64,000 bases of DNA from Eledone cirrhosa. Taxonomy: Eukaryota. The stretch lies in the NCBI GenBank assembly GCA_964016885.1, contig OZ024745.1, positions 116,746,001-116,810,000 on the forward strand. The letters run 5' to 3'. The notes beneath the pieces were generated by a model. That model was not told the DNA's origin and searched no databases. It worked only from the letters and a program-made list of their open reading frames with translations. The translations under genes and the position numbers were made by a program. Shown here piece by piece: positions 39,375 to 52,445 of this stretch. Positions within the stretch are counted from its first letter, which is position 1. Every line of letters starts with the position of its first letter.

Positions 39375-41335
39375 CACTGATAAAATAAAATATTGCAGGG
39401 GTATATTTCAGAGGGACAGTCTCTCTGTGATATTATTCATCTTGTCATTACACCCCCTGTCCTTTCTGCTCAAGAAATGTGATGGATACATCATTGGCTC
39501 ATAGGACAGAAATACGAACCTAACCTATAATTTCTTTGTGGACGATCTGAAACTCTATGCCAAGAACATGGATGGGGGGAAGAAAAATCTTGACTTGGTT
39601 ACAACGTTCTCAAAGGATATAGGAATGGAGTTTGGCCAAGATAAATGCTCATACATGACTGTAAAGCGGGGGAAAACAACAACCCAATCTAGCAACATTG
39701 TCATCAATGGCCTAACTGTTTCACCGATATCTGATGAGGACTGCTACAGATACCTGGGGATAGATGAGAACATATCCTATAATGGTATCTGTAATAAGGA
39801 ACGCGTAACCAGGGAATACTACACCCGATTAAGAAAGATTTGGTCATCAGAGCTCTCTGCGCAAACCAAAACAGTGGCTCACAATGTGTTTGCTGTGCCT
39901 GTCATAACACCAACGTTTGGAATACTCAATTGGACGATAGACGAAATCCGAGCAGTTAATGTTGGAACTCGAAAAATACTAAACAACACCGGAAACTTCC
40001 ACATCAACAGTGACATAGACCGCCTTTACTCGAAACATAAGCAGGGAGACAGAGGCCTAACATCAGTCCAGACAGCATTTGAATGTCGCATCATATCCCT
40101 CCGACAACATCTACGAGACTCGAAGCGTAGGAGCCCGTCTCTCGAGCAAGTCTACCTGCATGAAACAGATAAGATCATGAGAGTTGGGAAGGAACTCCTC
40201 GAGAGATATTCCATGTGTGATAATCAAAAACTCACACCCAGGGAAGTCGCTCAGCAGTATCGCAGTGAATCCATGGATGAAAAGCTGCATGCTTATCAGC
40301 AAAAAATCATGCATGGATATGTTGCCAGGAAGCTCCAGAGTGAGAGTAATATAGTTAAGGAAAGTAGTCTATCTTGGACCAACAACCGCTATATTGGCTC
40401 CCACATTGAAGGACACGCTTGTTCAATCCAAGAACAGGAAATTAACACGAAATACCTGATTCACAAAAGAGATAGGGATGCAAGCAAAACACCTAAATGT
40501 GATAACAAGTGCAGATTCTGCAGAATTAACATCGAAGATGTCATCCATGTCATCAGCAGCTGTCCAAAGATGTCATGGCGGTACTATCTACCTATGAAGC
40601 ATGATGTAGTGGCCAAACACTGTACAATGCAATCAGTAGAAAAGATAGCCCCGATAATTAACAATATTAAGCTACAGCAATGTAGAAGACATAGATATAC
40701 ATAATATGAAATGGTACTGGTGGAATATTCAGTAAAAACCCCAATAAAATGCAGGCATAACAGACCAGATATAATGATATGGGACAGGGAAAAGAAGGCA
40801 TGCACAGTAGTGGAAATTAGCTGCCCAGCAGATTCCAATATAATATCAAAGATTATCGAAAAGGAGAATATTTATGCAGAAGTGATGAGAAATCTGCAGA
40901 TACTCCACCCTGATTATACCTTCAGATTTATGCCTGTGATTATTGGGGCACTGGGATATGTTAGTAACTGCCTCAATACAAATCTTGAGAAGCTGGGCTT
41001 CACAGCAACAGAAAGAACACAACTAGTTAGGAAATTACAAGTACAATCCATTAATGGAACAGTAAAACTATGTTAAACATTCCAAACATTCTGCATCTAA
41101 TAACTGCATATACACATGTACAGATACAAAGCATATACACATGCACACATACAACTCAAAACATACACATCCACACATACAATAACATCCATATCTACAC
41201 ATGCATACCTGCAGGTAGGCATACATAATCTACCTAGTTGATGTTGTGTAAATTCCAATGAGAGAGTCTTGTGTCTATGTTAGAAACCGACTCTCTCTCT
41301 ATTGGTAAACATTTGTGAAATTATAAAACCAGAAC
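39375..41335 (+). mobile_element. R4/Dong-like RLE LINE, second family, 5'-truncated, ending in (CATA)n
   Basis: GIFQRDSLSVILFIL, FVDDLKLYA, YRYLGI, CRFCRINIEDVIHVISSC, KHD, NRPDIMIWD..VVEISCP..Y..PVIIGALG. Confidence 0.88.
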
Positions 41336-41456
41336 ATACATACATACACACCTACATACATACATACATACATACATACATACATACATACATACATACA
41401 TACATACATACACACCTACATACATACATACATACATACATACATACATACATACA

Positions 41457-41486
<30 letters not shown>
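41335..41486. repeat. (CATA)n microsatellite
   Basis: Seen directly. Confidence 0.95.
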
Positions 41487-41487
<1 letters not shown>

Positions 41488-42560
41488 TTATACGTCAAAG
41501 CTAACATAGGCAGAACCATCTTAGCTTTAATAGATAAATACTTCCCACTAACTATATATAAATATATATATAGGATGGTATAACACAGACATACCACTGA
41601 CTTTATATAGGATGGTATACCACTGACTATATATAGGATGGTATACCACAGACATACCACTGACTTTATATAGGATGGTATACCACTGACTATATATAGG
41701 ATGGTATACCACAGACATACCACTGACTTTATATAGGATGGTATATCACTTACTTTATATAGGATGGTATACCACAAACATACCACTGACTTTATATAGG
41801 ATGATATACCACAGACATACCACTGACTATATATAATACAGTATACCACAGACATACCACTGACTTTATATAGGATGGTATACCACTTACTTTATATAGG
41901 ATTGTATACCACAGACATACCACTGACTTTATATAGGATGGTATACCACTGACTATATATAATACAGTATACCATAGACATACCACTGACTATATATAGG
42001 ATGGTATACCACAGATATACCACTGACTATATATAATACAGTATACCACTGACTATTTATAATACAGTATACCACAGACATATATGGTATTTCACAGACT
42101 TAACTCAAAATTAGTTTTACTTCCACTCTCAACTGTAGAAGCAAAGTCATAACTATTTAACTTGGTCTGATGCTCGTGTAGGTACAGGACTCCGTGCCCG
42201 CCAGACGGGGCTTGTAAAACAGAGGGTATTGTTATGAGGCAACAGTCAAGTAAACCTGACCCTCCGAACCACGAACCTAAAGCGATATATTCAGCTTAGG
42301 GAACAGCAGAGAGGTGTAATAACCGCTAAACATAGTTCCATTACAGGATAAAGAAATTCCGGTTATGTCTGGAAATTGACAGGATCCTTTATAGACTGCA
42401 ACATCAAGTGGAGGGTCGTGGAAATGAACACATATTAAGAGAACCAAAAGTTGTGGACTAGGAAGCTAACAGTCTGTTCTCCCTTCTTTCGCCGAAAAGA
42501 AGTTTAGTGACACAGTCACTACTTTAAAACTGATAACGTATGGTCTTCAAAATGTTTTTA
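41487..42560 (+). mobile_element. Third, heavily decayed Naiad-type PLE interrupted by a minisatellite
   Basis: YVKANIGRTILALIDKYFP (41490-41548); CSCRYRTPCPPDGACKTEGIV (~42171-42233); SGYVWKL..IKWRVVE. Confidence 0.75.
41565..42085. repeat. Minisatellite of mixed ~24/37-bp units (ATAGGATGGTATACCAC[AGACATACCAC]TGACT)
   Basis: Seen directly. Confidence 0.92.
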
Positions 42561-42600
42561 ATTAAACATACGGTATATTGCCAAATATACTATACATACA

Positions 42601-42701
<101 letters not shown>

Positions 42702-42788
42702 GAGACGTATAGAGATTGTTTTAGCAATATATATATATCATAATGAAATGACAGGAGGCTGGATTTGTGTAAACCCTTGAAAGGTTTA

Positions 42789-42850
42789 TTATACTATGAT
42801 CATTTCAATGACCGGGTTCCGTATGAATCCGGTGATATCATCAGGTATAT
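42789..42850 (-). ncRNA. Type I hammerhead ribozyme, intact core, in a TA-embedded pLTR fragment (42740-42935)
   Basis: Minus strand TATAC-CTGATGA-TATCACCGG..CCGGTCATT-GAAA-TGATCA-TA-GTATA; palindromic stem III. Confidence 0.8.
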
Positions 42851-42932
42851 ACGTTGAGTACTCTCTATATTATTGCATTACGATTGACCATACGGAATAG
42901 ACCAGCTCTATACAGTGGTGAACCTCAAACCC

Positions 42933-42996
<64 letters not shown>

Positions 42997-43138
42997 CGAA
43001 GGAAATGTGGTAAGGAACCAGATGGACCATAACGCGCCAAAGTATTCAATACCTAGGGTAGTAGAGTGGGTAATAGGAACGAGTAGGACCCCGACGGCTG
43101 AGCTCAAGCCGTTTCGACGGGTAATTATTTGTGATGTT

Positions 43139-43184
<46 letters not shown>

Positions 43185-43646
43185 CGAAGGAAATGTGGTA
43201 AGGAACCAGGTGGACCATAATGCACCAAAGTACTCAATACTTGAGGTAGTAGAGTGGGTAATAGGAACCAGTAAGACCCCGACAGCTGAGCTCAAGCCGT
43301 TTCGACGGCTAATTCTGGACTCAGAATATATATATATATATATATATATATGGAACATCACAAATAATTGGCATCTATTCAGCTAGATTTCATTCGAGGC
43401 GGTCGAATTTTTCAGGCTGACAAGCGGAAGTGAAGAAGTAAAAAGAAATGGAGATATCATAGTATATGATTTTTACAATTCCTTGACGTCGTTCTAAGGA
43501 AAAAATCCCCGTTCTTAAAGAAGAGTTATATAGAAATATCTTGAAAAAAAACTAGACACAATTAGTCTCTACTGAAATTATGTTTCAAAATATTCTATTT
43601 ATCAATTCTCAATATCTACTTCTAACCAAACCATAAGAACTCTGTT

Positions 43647-43797
<151 letters not shown>

Positions 43798-44475
43798 AAG
43801 TTACTATTATGCGCAATTTTCCTTACTTCATGAATAGTAAAGAATGAAAAAGAGACATTGACTTTCATTTGTGTGGTTGTGTTGGTGGTTATATGTGCAA
43901 GTGGATTTAACAGAGCAAGTGCATTTAACAGAGGTCTCTATAAACGTGGGTCAGCGATATTCCTTGATTTTTTCTCTTTGTATATATTCTTTTTTTTATG
44001 ATTCAAAGATTTTTAAATGAAATTTCTCGGTGCTTTTCATTTCAGTGATGTTTAAAGTAATATTGTTGCCGACATTTTTATCTGAGTAAATCTTTTAAAT
44101 CTAGAGAAATAATAAAATAGCTAGATCATGAAATGGAATTTTACATAGTATTTGTAATCTAATGCGTCTTCTGGCAAAGTATATCAACCTGGTTGCACCA
44201 ATATTCCTAACTGGGAAAACAACGAAAAACTAATTACATTTTAAATTAAAATGTTGCTAGAAAAGAGAAAACATGAATAGCTTTTGGTTTTTGTTCTTTG
44301 TTTGTTTTTAAGATGAATCATTTTTCCAATGTTGCAATGCTTATACTATCAAGTAACGTGCAGCAGACGAGCTCAGAATAAAACGTAATTCTACAATGGA
44401 GGATAATGTTTATTCTAAATACACTGCCTTACCAAGAGAACTACAAATATCCACGGAAGTTAAATAAGTTTACTT

Positions 44476-45000
44476 TCATCATCCGGCGGCCTCAGCTGAA
44501 ATGGACTCAACAATTGATCTCCACGTGGGTCTGTCATTCATTGCCGTTGCCAAGTCCTGGATTTCAATACCAGAATCTCTGGAGATGACATCGGGATAGG
44601 AGAGCTGGTGCCCCCTGTTATTAGTGACAGCTTGTGGTTTCCAAAGCACTAATGGGGACACAGCCTCATAGGTGGCTCGATGGCAATGGCCAGCAAATCT
44701 TACTCTGCTTTTACGTACAACGACAGATATGTGTGCGAGGCCAGTATATCTCTCTCAAAGTCAGATGTCGCCAGCTTATGTTCTGTATGCATTGAAGCAG
44801 GCGAGTGTAGGTGCCATCAAGGTGCTTTTGTTGTTTGGATGAAAGCGTCCATGTTTCACTTCCATATAGCAAGATTAGTTGAATTGTTACTTGGTAGAGT
44901 TTGATCTTGGAAAGATTTGAGCGCCAAACTCGATCCATCTTGTTGCAAGCTGGCCATGCTTGGGCATTTTTATGGTGGCGAAATCCTTGCTAAACGATGC
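44476..45000 (-). mobile_element. RTE-type LINE 3' fragment
   Basis: LLYGSETWTL, LDGTYTRLL..NISWR, LVLWKP, AMNDRPTWRSIV. Confidence 0.8.
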
Positions 45001-45870
45001 ATGTTTTATTCTTTAACCTTCAAAAAGATCTGCGGCACTGACATTGTACTTTTGAATTGATTCTTACACCAATGTATGATTCGATATCAGTGACACAGCT
45101 GTTTATGACAGTGAGAACAGTATAACATTCATTGTTTCAATTTACTAACTCTAGATATACTACATAAAGACTACACCTTCGTTAGAGTTCTCATGGTCCA
45201 GTGTATTACGAAATATACCTGATATAATGGCAAACTGAGAAATAAGCTTAGCTGAGAAATAAAATCAACTTTACGAAAACATAGGAGAGACACATTCAGA
45301 GACATTTCATTACTGAACTCATTCATAAATGTAAAACATGTTTAATGTTCTCAACTCATTTTATGAAAGATATAGATCAATAATTACTTGACTTGATAGA
45401 ATTAACAACCAAACCTTCCTTAAATCACATCCTAGCATCTTAAAACAAAGAATGAACTCATTGAATAATATAAAGCTAAATACATTATGTCTGAGAAGAA
45501 ATGTTATGATCATATTTAGAATATATTTGATGTCTGTCCATTCGGGGCTGGTCTGGGACTAAACAATACAAATAACAATAATTTAAAACGTATTCTAATA
45601 TTGTTATTCAAGTCTTTCCGAATTGACAGATTACAGAATATTTCTTGTAAAAAAAAAAAAAAATAACATTTCCTATTGTTGTGTTGAAAATGGCAAATAA
45701 TCCCCACCGTGAAAAAGAAAAACTGAGATTCTTATCACATTGGCGTACATTTCTATATTCTATATCTTCCATAAAAATGTTATAGCTGGAGTTATTCTAG
45801 CATTTAACACATTTAAAGAAGCATCAATTCCGATAAGAGAGATAAAATCTCTTTCGCAGCATAAGGACAA

Positions 45871-46056
45871 GATTGGCAGTATTGGTAGAGGGTCGGACGC
45901 CATGCTTTGACGCATAGAGTTACGGCCCTTGCCATTCTGAGTTCAAATCCTGCCGGGGTTAACTTTGCCTTTCATCCTTACGGGATCGATAAAATAAAGT
46001 ACTAGTAATACACTGGAATAATTGCTGGCCTTGTGCCAAAAGTAGAAACAATTATT
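45871..46056 (+). mobile_element. SINE family A (short variant)
   Basis: Core identity; tail-to-tail with the next copy. Confidence 0.9.
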
Positions 46057-46065
46057 TTAAAACAT

Positions 46066-46291
46066 ATAATGATTTCTAGTATAGGTACAAGGCTAGTAAA
46101 TTGGGGGGAGGGGGAAAGTCGATTAAATCGACCCCAGTACATTACGGGTACTTTATTTTATCGACACCCGTAAGGATTAAAGGCAAAGTTGACCTCGGTA
46201 GGATTTGAACTCAGATCGTAAAGGGCTTTAACTCTATGCCATAAAGCATGTTGTCCAATGCCCTACCGATACTGCCAATCCACCGCCCTTT
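46066..46291 (-). mobile_element. SINE family A (long variant) with TSD AAAACATAT
   Basis: Core identity; direct repeat at 46059 and 46295. Confidence 0.9.
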
Positions 46292-46341
46292 TTCAAAACA
46301 TATTCCAAAGAGAAGAAACCGGAACATTTTCTCTGAGTTTC

Positions 46342-46387
46342 TTATACTCTGAAGAAGGGAATCTTTAGACCCGAAATATTAGGATAA
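46342..46387 (+). ncRNA. Minimal type I hammerhead
   Basis: TTATACT-CTGAAGA-AGGGAATCTTTAGACCC-GAAA-TA-TT-AGGATAA. Confidence 0.7.
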
Positions 46388-46574
46388 ATGAAATAACAGC
46401 AACAAAAACGAAGATTACCAAATTACTAAATGTTTCGTTACGTTCATCTTATTGTCCATTTTCCACATTCTATAATAATTGAAACATACGTCTATTTATA
46501 GAATTATAAAATTAAATATTTTTTTTAAATGTGTTTTTAATAAATCCTGAAGTCAGTGATTCATGCTTATATAC

Positions 46575-46980
46575 GGAGAGTTGGCTGCGGCCCCGCGATG
46601 CAGAGGAAAGGAAGAAAAACAAATACCGGAGATTTTCTTTTTACAAGGATATACTAATATAATAGCCGTGTGTATTTGTACGTCACACACAAGAAATGAC
46701 TGAGAAAGGTAGGGATGATTATGTCGACAGAGGAAGGAAGGGGTGATTATGTCGACTGAAGAAGGAAGGGGTGATTATGTCGACTGAGGAAGGAAGTTGT
46801 GTCTAATGCACACACATCTATGTGATGACTAAGGAAAGGGTTAGAAACTATAGAAGTCCAGTGTTCTAAGATTCGTCACAGCTGTGTTTGTATCACTTAT
46901 GTGAGTGAGCGCGAAGGTAACAACCAATCAACCAACCAACCAACAAATATCTCTTTTTTTATATTATGTATATATATTAC
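46575..46980 (-). mobile_element. Possible Helitron/Helentron-derived non-autonomous element with internal 28-bp repeats
   Basis: GC-rich motif at one end, (CCAA)n plus TTTTATATT at the other, three copies of gattatgtcgac.gaggaagg. Confidence 0.4.
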
Positions 46981-48574
46981 AATTAGCCTTCATTTTTGAC
47001 GACACGGGGCCAGCTCGTAGTTTATAGAGAATTCACAAATGTTTCAATAATGCTCTGCGTCTATTTTTTTCTTTGGAGAAGTAGTGTTCGTATGATAGAC
47101 ATTCCTCAAAATTTCAACATAAAATTGTGCCTCTATGCCTTAATAAATTATGTGTTTCACTTAAATTAATTCAAAATTATTTATTCTGAGATTACTCATT
47201 CATACCAGTTAGTGAAAAATAGTGTCGACGGTTACATGTTCGCAACGGGCTAATAACTCAGCGCATTTATGATGACATGAGCGACAAGCGAAAATAAATC
47301 GCAAGTAACTTCATTCGAAAATCATAGGATTTTCGGTTGGTTTTCTCACAAATGTTGACTTCGTTCACTGTTATAGATCGGCAATATATATATATATGAT
47401 TTTTGCGTTTCGTTTCGCCTTTTCTACCCGCCGAAATGCGATTCTCGCTGAATCTATATTTGTATTAATTTCCCGTGTCTTACAATTAACTTGTTAATAA
47501 TTTTTATTGACAGGTTAATTGTATAAGTTTATTTTAAAAACCACACGGTTGAGAGCTTATTCCATTTGTGCTATTTATGCAATTTTGTGCATGGTATACA
47601 CATACTGAATTCATTTGCCGGAATCTGGGGTTCTTTCTCCTTGTGAATTCCACGCGTGCTTTACGTGCCTCTGCGTCACTCACAAATTTGGTACAGAGCA
47701 GAATACCTGTTGATAACGTGATATTCCTTGTTCGATCATTATACCTAAAGCTTATATTTTTAAGCAGACAGTATTTTGATTTAGGTGTCATAGAAACCCT
47801 TCATTTGGATTTTAACATCAATTCCAACGGGTCCAAGTCTGTGTTTTTTTATCATTTATTTTGTGAGTCTAAAAGCCGCTGATCTCTAGAAATTACGTCA
47901 CTCGACCTTAATTACAATGACGATTACCTTAAACGATACCTTGTTATCCTGTGTGTGTGTGTGTACAAGTTATTATTCAACACCATGCTATGTTAGGAGA
48001 TACGTTCCCAAGGTCCCACGATCCCACACTGTCGGATCACACCCATTTAATTGCTAAAAGGAGAGCCACACCTGAATTCATGAGAAACTAGTAAATTTAC
48101 TGTACCATTGTTTCATCCAAAGACAAAACAGTTGCCTTGACGTTGTAAACTAATTAATCATAAGAATAGATCTTTAGAAATAGCAATCGATATTTTTATG
48201 CTATCATTTAAAACAATTTTTTTTTAATGATAGCATGTTAGTATCTCTCAATGCTATAATGTTTTGTTGACATAAACCACTTAAAGATTCACAATTCACG
48301 ACCAGTAGTTTTCTGAATTGAATGGGAGAAAATTGAAAAGAAAAAAATGATTAACACTTTTTGAAGATTTGTAAATCTGACTGATAAACAAATTATAAAA
48401 TCTCTTCAGTTCTACAGAATCAATTTTAGCTGTTTCTGCTGCAAACAATTAAAAAATGAGATGTAATGATAGCAAATATTATGTATGAAATAGCTACTAC
48501 TTCTGAATAGAGCAGATTTCTTCCAGAGAAGGATAGAAAGAAGAAAATGGAAGTGAGAAAGAGATATAGAGGAA

Positions 48575-48705
48575 GAATTGACCCCAGTACTAGACTGGTA
48601 CTTTTTTATCGACCTTGAATGGATGAAAGGCAAAGTTCACCTTGGCGGGATTTGAACTCAGAAAGCAGGGAGCCTAAATGAATACCGCAAAGCATTCTAT
48701 CTGAC
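48575..48705 (-). mobile_element. SINE family A, partial
   Basis: Core identity with other copies. Confidence 0.8.
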
Positions 48706-49360
48706 GACTCCGTTCTGGCACGAGTTGAAGGGAAGGTATTGTTTGGAGTCTGTGGGTTTGTAGTTTATGTCTGTTTCTATTTTGTTGTTTATTTTCTTGA
48801 TGAGGATGTCGAGGAAAGGGAGTTGTTCATGGCTGTAATCCATTGTGAATTGTAAGTTTGTGTTGAGTCCATTCAGAAGGGTTTTAAACTCAATCAGTCT
48901 ATCTATATTTTCATGCCAGAGGATGAAGCAGTCGTCTAGATATCTCTTCCAGTTCTTTTCTATGTGTTGGTAGAAGTGGTTGCCGTATTTGTCTAGAACT
49001 TTGCGGTCGAGAGTGGTTTCCAAATATCCCATGACAAGGTTGGCGTATGAGGGGGCTACTTTCGTGCGAATGGCAGTCCCAGATTTCTGTCTGTAGTATT
49101 TGGCATCGAATTCGAAGAAATTGTTTTCCAAGATGAATTTGAGTCCCTCCAACACAAATTCTTTAGGGATGCGCTGTGGGAGTTCACTAGGGAAATTTTC
49201 AAGCCAGAATTGTACTGCCTCTATACCTAGGTTGTGTGGGATATTGGAATATAAATTGATGACATCAAAGGTTACTAGTAGGGTATGTTCATTATTGAGT
49301 GTTGTTGGGTAGTGGTTGAGCATGTCAAAGTCGTCCCTTATGAAGCTTTTTATGTGTTTG
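48706..49360 (-). mobile_element. Penelope/Poseidon-type PLE reverse transcriptase fragment
   Basis: FDVINLYSNIPH, YYRQKSGTAI..APSYANL, WKRYLDDCF, FTM..LPFLDILI, YKPTD..YL.FNSC. Confidence 0.88.
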
Positions 49361-52300
49361 AAAATAAACAATGATCTGAATGCTGAAATAAATAATACCT
49401 GGAACAAAGATACGGCCATTGAGGAAATGAATGCTGACGGGCTAGGACAAGATTTGGTTGATATCCTAAACTTAGTGGTAGATAAAATGAACAATGATAG
49501 TGGGAAACCTATGTACCTAAGATTTGTAGACAGTAAAAAGTTAAAAGAAACAACTGCTAAGGTAAACAAAGTCATCCTATACCTTGAGGCGAGGTACCTT
49601 CACGAATGCAACAATATCCTCAATGCAACAGCAAATGCGGTGAGGAAATTATTTGGCATAAAAACGAGAGGAAACAACAAACAAGAAAGATCAGAACCTT
49701 GGTGGAAGAAACGACTGAATGGTCAAATCAGGGAAATGAGAAATGACATTGGAAAGCTTGAGTCCCTACTGAATTGGACACTACAAAACATAGACACTAA
49801 AAATAGACTGGAAATAAAGTACAAAACTAGGAGGAAAAGCTAGATATTATCATAGAGGAACTGAAGCAACGCATTGTAGCAAAGAGTGCAAAGATTAGGC
49901 GATATGAGAGCCGAGTCAGTCAGTATAGACAGAACTGCATGTTTGACAACAACCAGATGGGGTGTTTGGACAGCTTGAAGGGAAAGAAAGAGGCAACGAC
50001 TTGATCCCTGAGGCGGAACAAACTAAGACATTCTGGAGAGGAATATGGGAGCAGGATTTTGAACATAATGATCAGGCAGTGTGGATTGAGACAGTACAAA
50101 AGGAGATTAGTGAACAAGCACACCAACAAACTGATTTGAGTATCACAATTGAAACTCTTAAAGGGCAGGCCAAAAAAACTAATCAACTGGAAATCACCAG
50201 GCCCAGATGGTGTGCAGGGGTATTGGATTAAAAATATAACATCCCTCCACCCGAAACTGACAACCATGTTCAATGACTGCTTGATGTCAGGTGAGGTACC
50301 AGAGTGGTTCACAAAAGGTACCACAGTTCTGATAATGAAAGACCGAATCAAGGGTAATGATGTTACCAACTATAGAGCTATCACATATCTGTCCGTAATG
50401 TGGAAACTCTTAACAAGCATTGTGTCTGAGGAAATCTACCATCACCTCCACATAAACAACTTGTTACCGGACCAACAGAAAGAAGTCCCGTGGTACAAAG
50501 GACCAGTTACTTATTGATAAGATGGTCATAAGGAATTGCAAGAGGAGACACACTGGTCTTGGCATGGCATGGATAGACTACAATAATCATTCGACATGTT
50601 ACCTCATTCTTGGATAACCAAAACCTAGAGATCTTCAGGGTGGCAGATAACATCAGACAGTTGTTGAGCAAAAGTATGAAGTCCTAGAAAACAGAGTTAA
50701 CATCGGGTGGAGAATCCTTGGGAGGCGTGAAGATCAAGAGAGGAATCTTCCAGGGAGATAGTTTGTCCCCTCTGTTGTTTGTCCTTGCCCTGATACCCCT
50801 GACCATTATACTGCGAAAAGTGAGAGCAGGATACAAGTTGGGGAAGGGGGGGGGGGGGGGGGCTTACCATCAATCACCTCTTCTTCATGGACGATCTTAA
50901 GCTCTTCGGGAAGAGTGAGAAGGAGTTGGATGTACTTGTTGACACTGTCCGTATTTTCAGCAGTCATATATGTATGCAATTTGGTATTAGTAAGTGTGGA
51001 GTCCTAGTGATGAAGAGGGGTAAATTGAGCAGAAGCAACGGAATCCAGGTACCAACAGGTGAGATGATAAAGGAAATTGACACTGAAGAAGGATACAAAT
51101 ATTTAGGTGTTCTGGAGGCAGATGACATCAAGAACAAAAGAAAATGAAGGAATTGATAAGATCTGAGTAAGGAGCGTATTAAAATCACATCTTAATAGTA
51201 GGAATGCCATAAGTGCAGTAAATTTCCGAGCTGTGTCTATTATTAGGTACAGTGCGGTAATTCTGAGATGGAATGTTGCTGAACAAAAAGAAATGGATAG
51301 GAAGACTAGGAAGCTATTGACTATCTACAACATGTTCCACAAGAGGAGTGATGTCGATAGACTCTACTTAAGGAGATCTGAAGTTGGAAGTGGTCTTATC
51401 AGCATAGAGGACTGTGTTCGGATGGAGAAAAACAACCTACACAAATACGTGACTGATAGTAGGGAGCCAATGCTCAGAATTGTACTGAAGGAGAGGGCAA
51501 TAGACCAGAGTATGTCCAAGGAGGAAATAACAACAAGGAGAAAGAGCAGCCTTCATGAAAAATCCCTTCATAGTACCTTCTTTGAGAAAACTGAATTCAG
51601 ATATCCACAGACATGGAACTGGTTGAAAAGAGGAGACCTTAAAAAAGCTACAGAAGGAATTCTAATAGCTGCGCAAGAGCAGGCCCTCAAAACGAAGTGG
51701 CTGAAACACCATATTTACAAGGAGGAGGCTAGCCCACTGTGCAGGATCTGTGGAGAGAGAGGGGAGACTGTGGCTCACATTGTATCCGAGTGTAAACACC
51801 TAGCCCAGACTCACTATAAAGGCTGGAGACATGATGTGGTGGGCAGGGTGATCCACTGGCACCTATGCAAAGTAAACAATTTACAACATTCTGAGAAGTG
51901 GTATGAGCATAAGCCAGAATCGATGATAGAAAACGATCAGGTGAAGGTTCTGTGGGATTTTAGGATACAGACGGACAAGAAACTGGAACACAATAGACCT
52001 GACCTGGTGGTTTGGGACAAAGGAAAAAGATCGTGCCTGATTGTAGATGTAGCCTGCCCATTTGACACGAGAGTGCAAGAGAAGGAGAGGGAGAAAATTA
52101 ACCGATACCAAGACTTAAAGTGGGAGGTGAAAAGGATTTGGAACTGCCATGTAGTCAAAGTGGTCCCGATTGTCATAGGCACACTAGGTACTATCTCAAA
52201 GAGTTTCCAAGGATGGTTAAAGAAAAGTGGTCCCACCCCGCTTTTTAGAACATTTCAAAAGGCATGCTTGCTGGGAACAGCAAGAACCCTACGATACGTC

Positions 52301-52389
52301 CTGAATATCTGAGGTTGCAGGTAGTGGCTTGATATTCATTTCAACAAACTTTCCAGTTAACTAACATCAATGACTGAGACTCAAAGAAC

Positions 52390-52390
<1 letters not shown>
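49361..52390 (+). mobile_element. R4/Dong-clade RLE LINE, 5'-truncated and frameshifted, ending in (TAA)n
   Basis: KSPGPDGVQGYWIK, GIFQGDSLSPLLF, MDDLKL, YKYLG, CRICGERGETVAHIVSEC, RHD, RPDLVVWD..IVDVACP..KINRYQDL; ORF ends at 52312. Confidence 0.92.

Positions 52391-52443
<53 letters not shown>
52390..52443. repeat. (TAA)n tract shared by the Dong 3' end and the Tx1 3' end
   Basis: Seen directly. Confidence 0.95.

Positions 52444-52445
<2 letters not shown>

Noticed and set aside
42170-42245. Twister-ribozyme-like motif (TTACAAGCCC on the minus strand)
   Set aside because: P4/P1 pairings do not form; the plus strand encodes the Naiad Zn motif CSCRYRTPCPPDGAC
47530-47900. Possible Tc1/mariner transposase relic on the minus strand (DLDPLE...NCINSTNG)
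   Set aside because: Similarity too weak and no TIRs identified
48697-49575. 292-aa ORF as a single novel protein
   Set aside because: Chance fusion of antisense Dong sequence with a Penelope RT fragment
50845-50862. Poly-G run as a functional G-quadruplex
   Set aside because: Homopolymer expansion that frameshifts a dead LINE; may be a sequencing artefact
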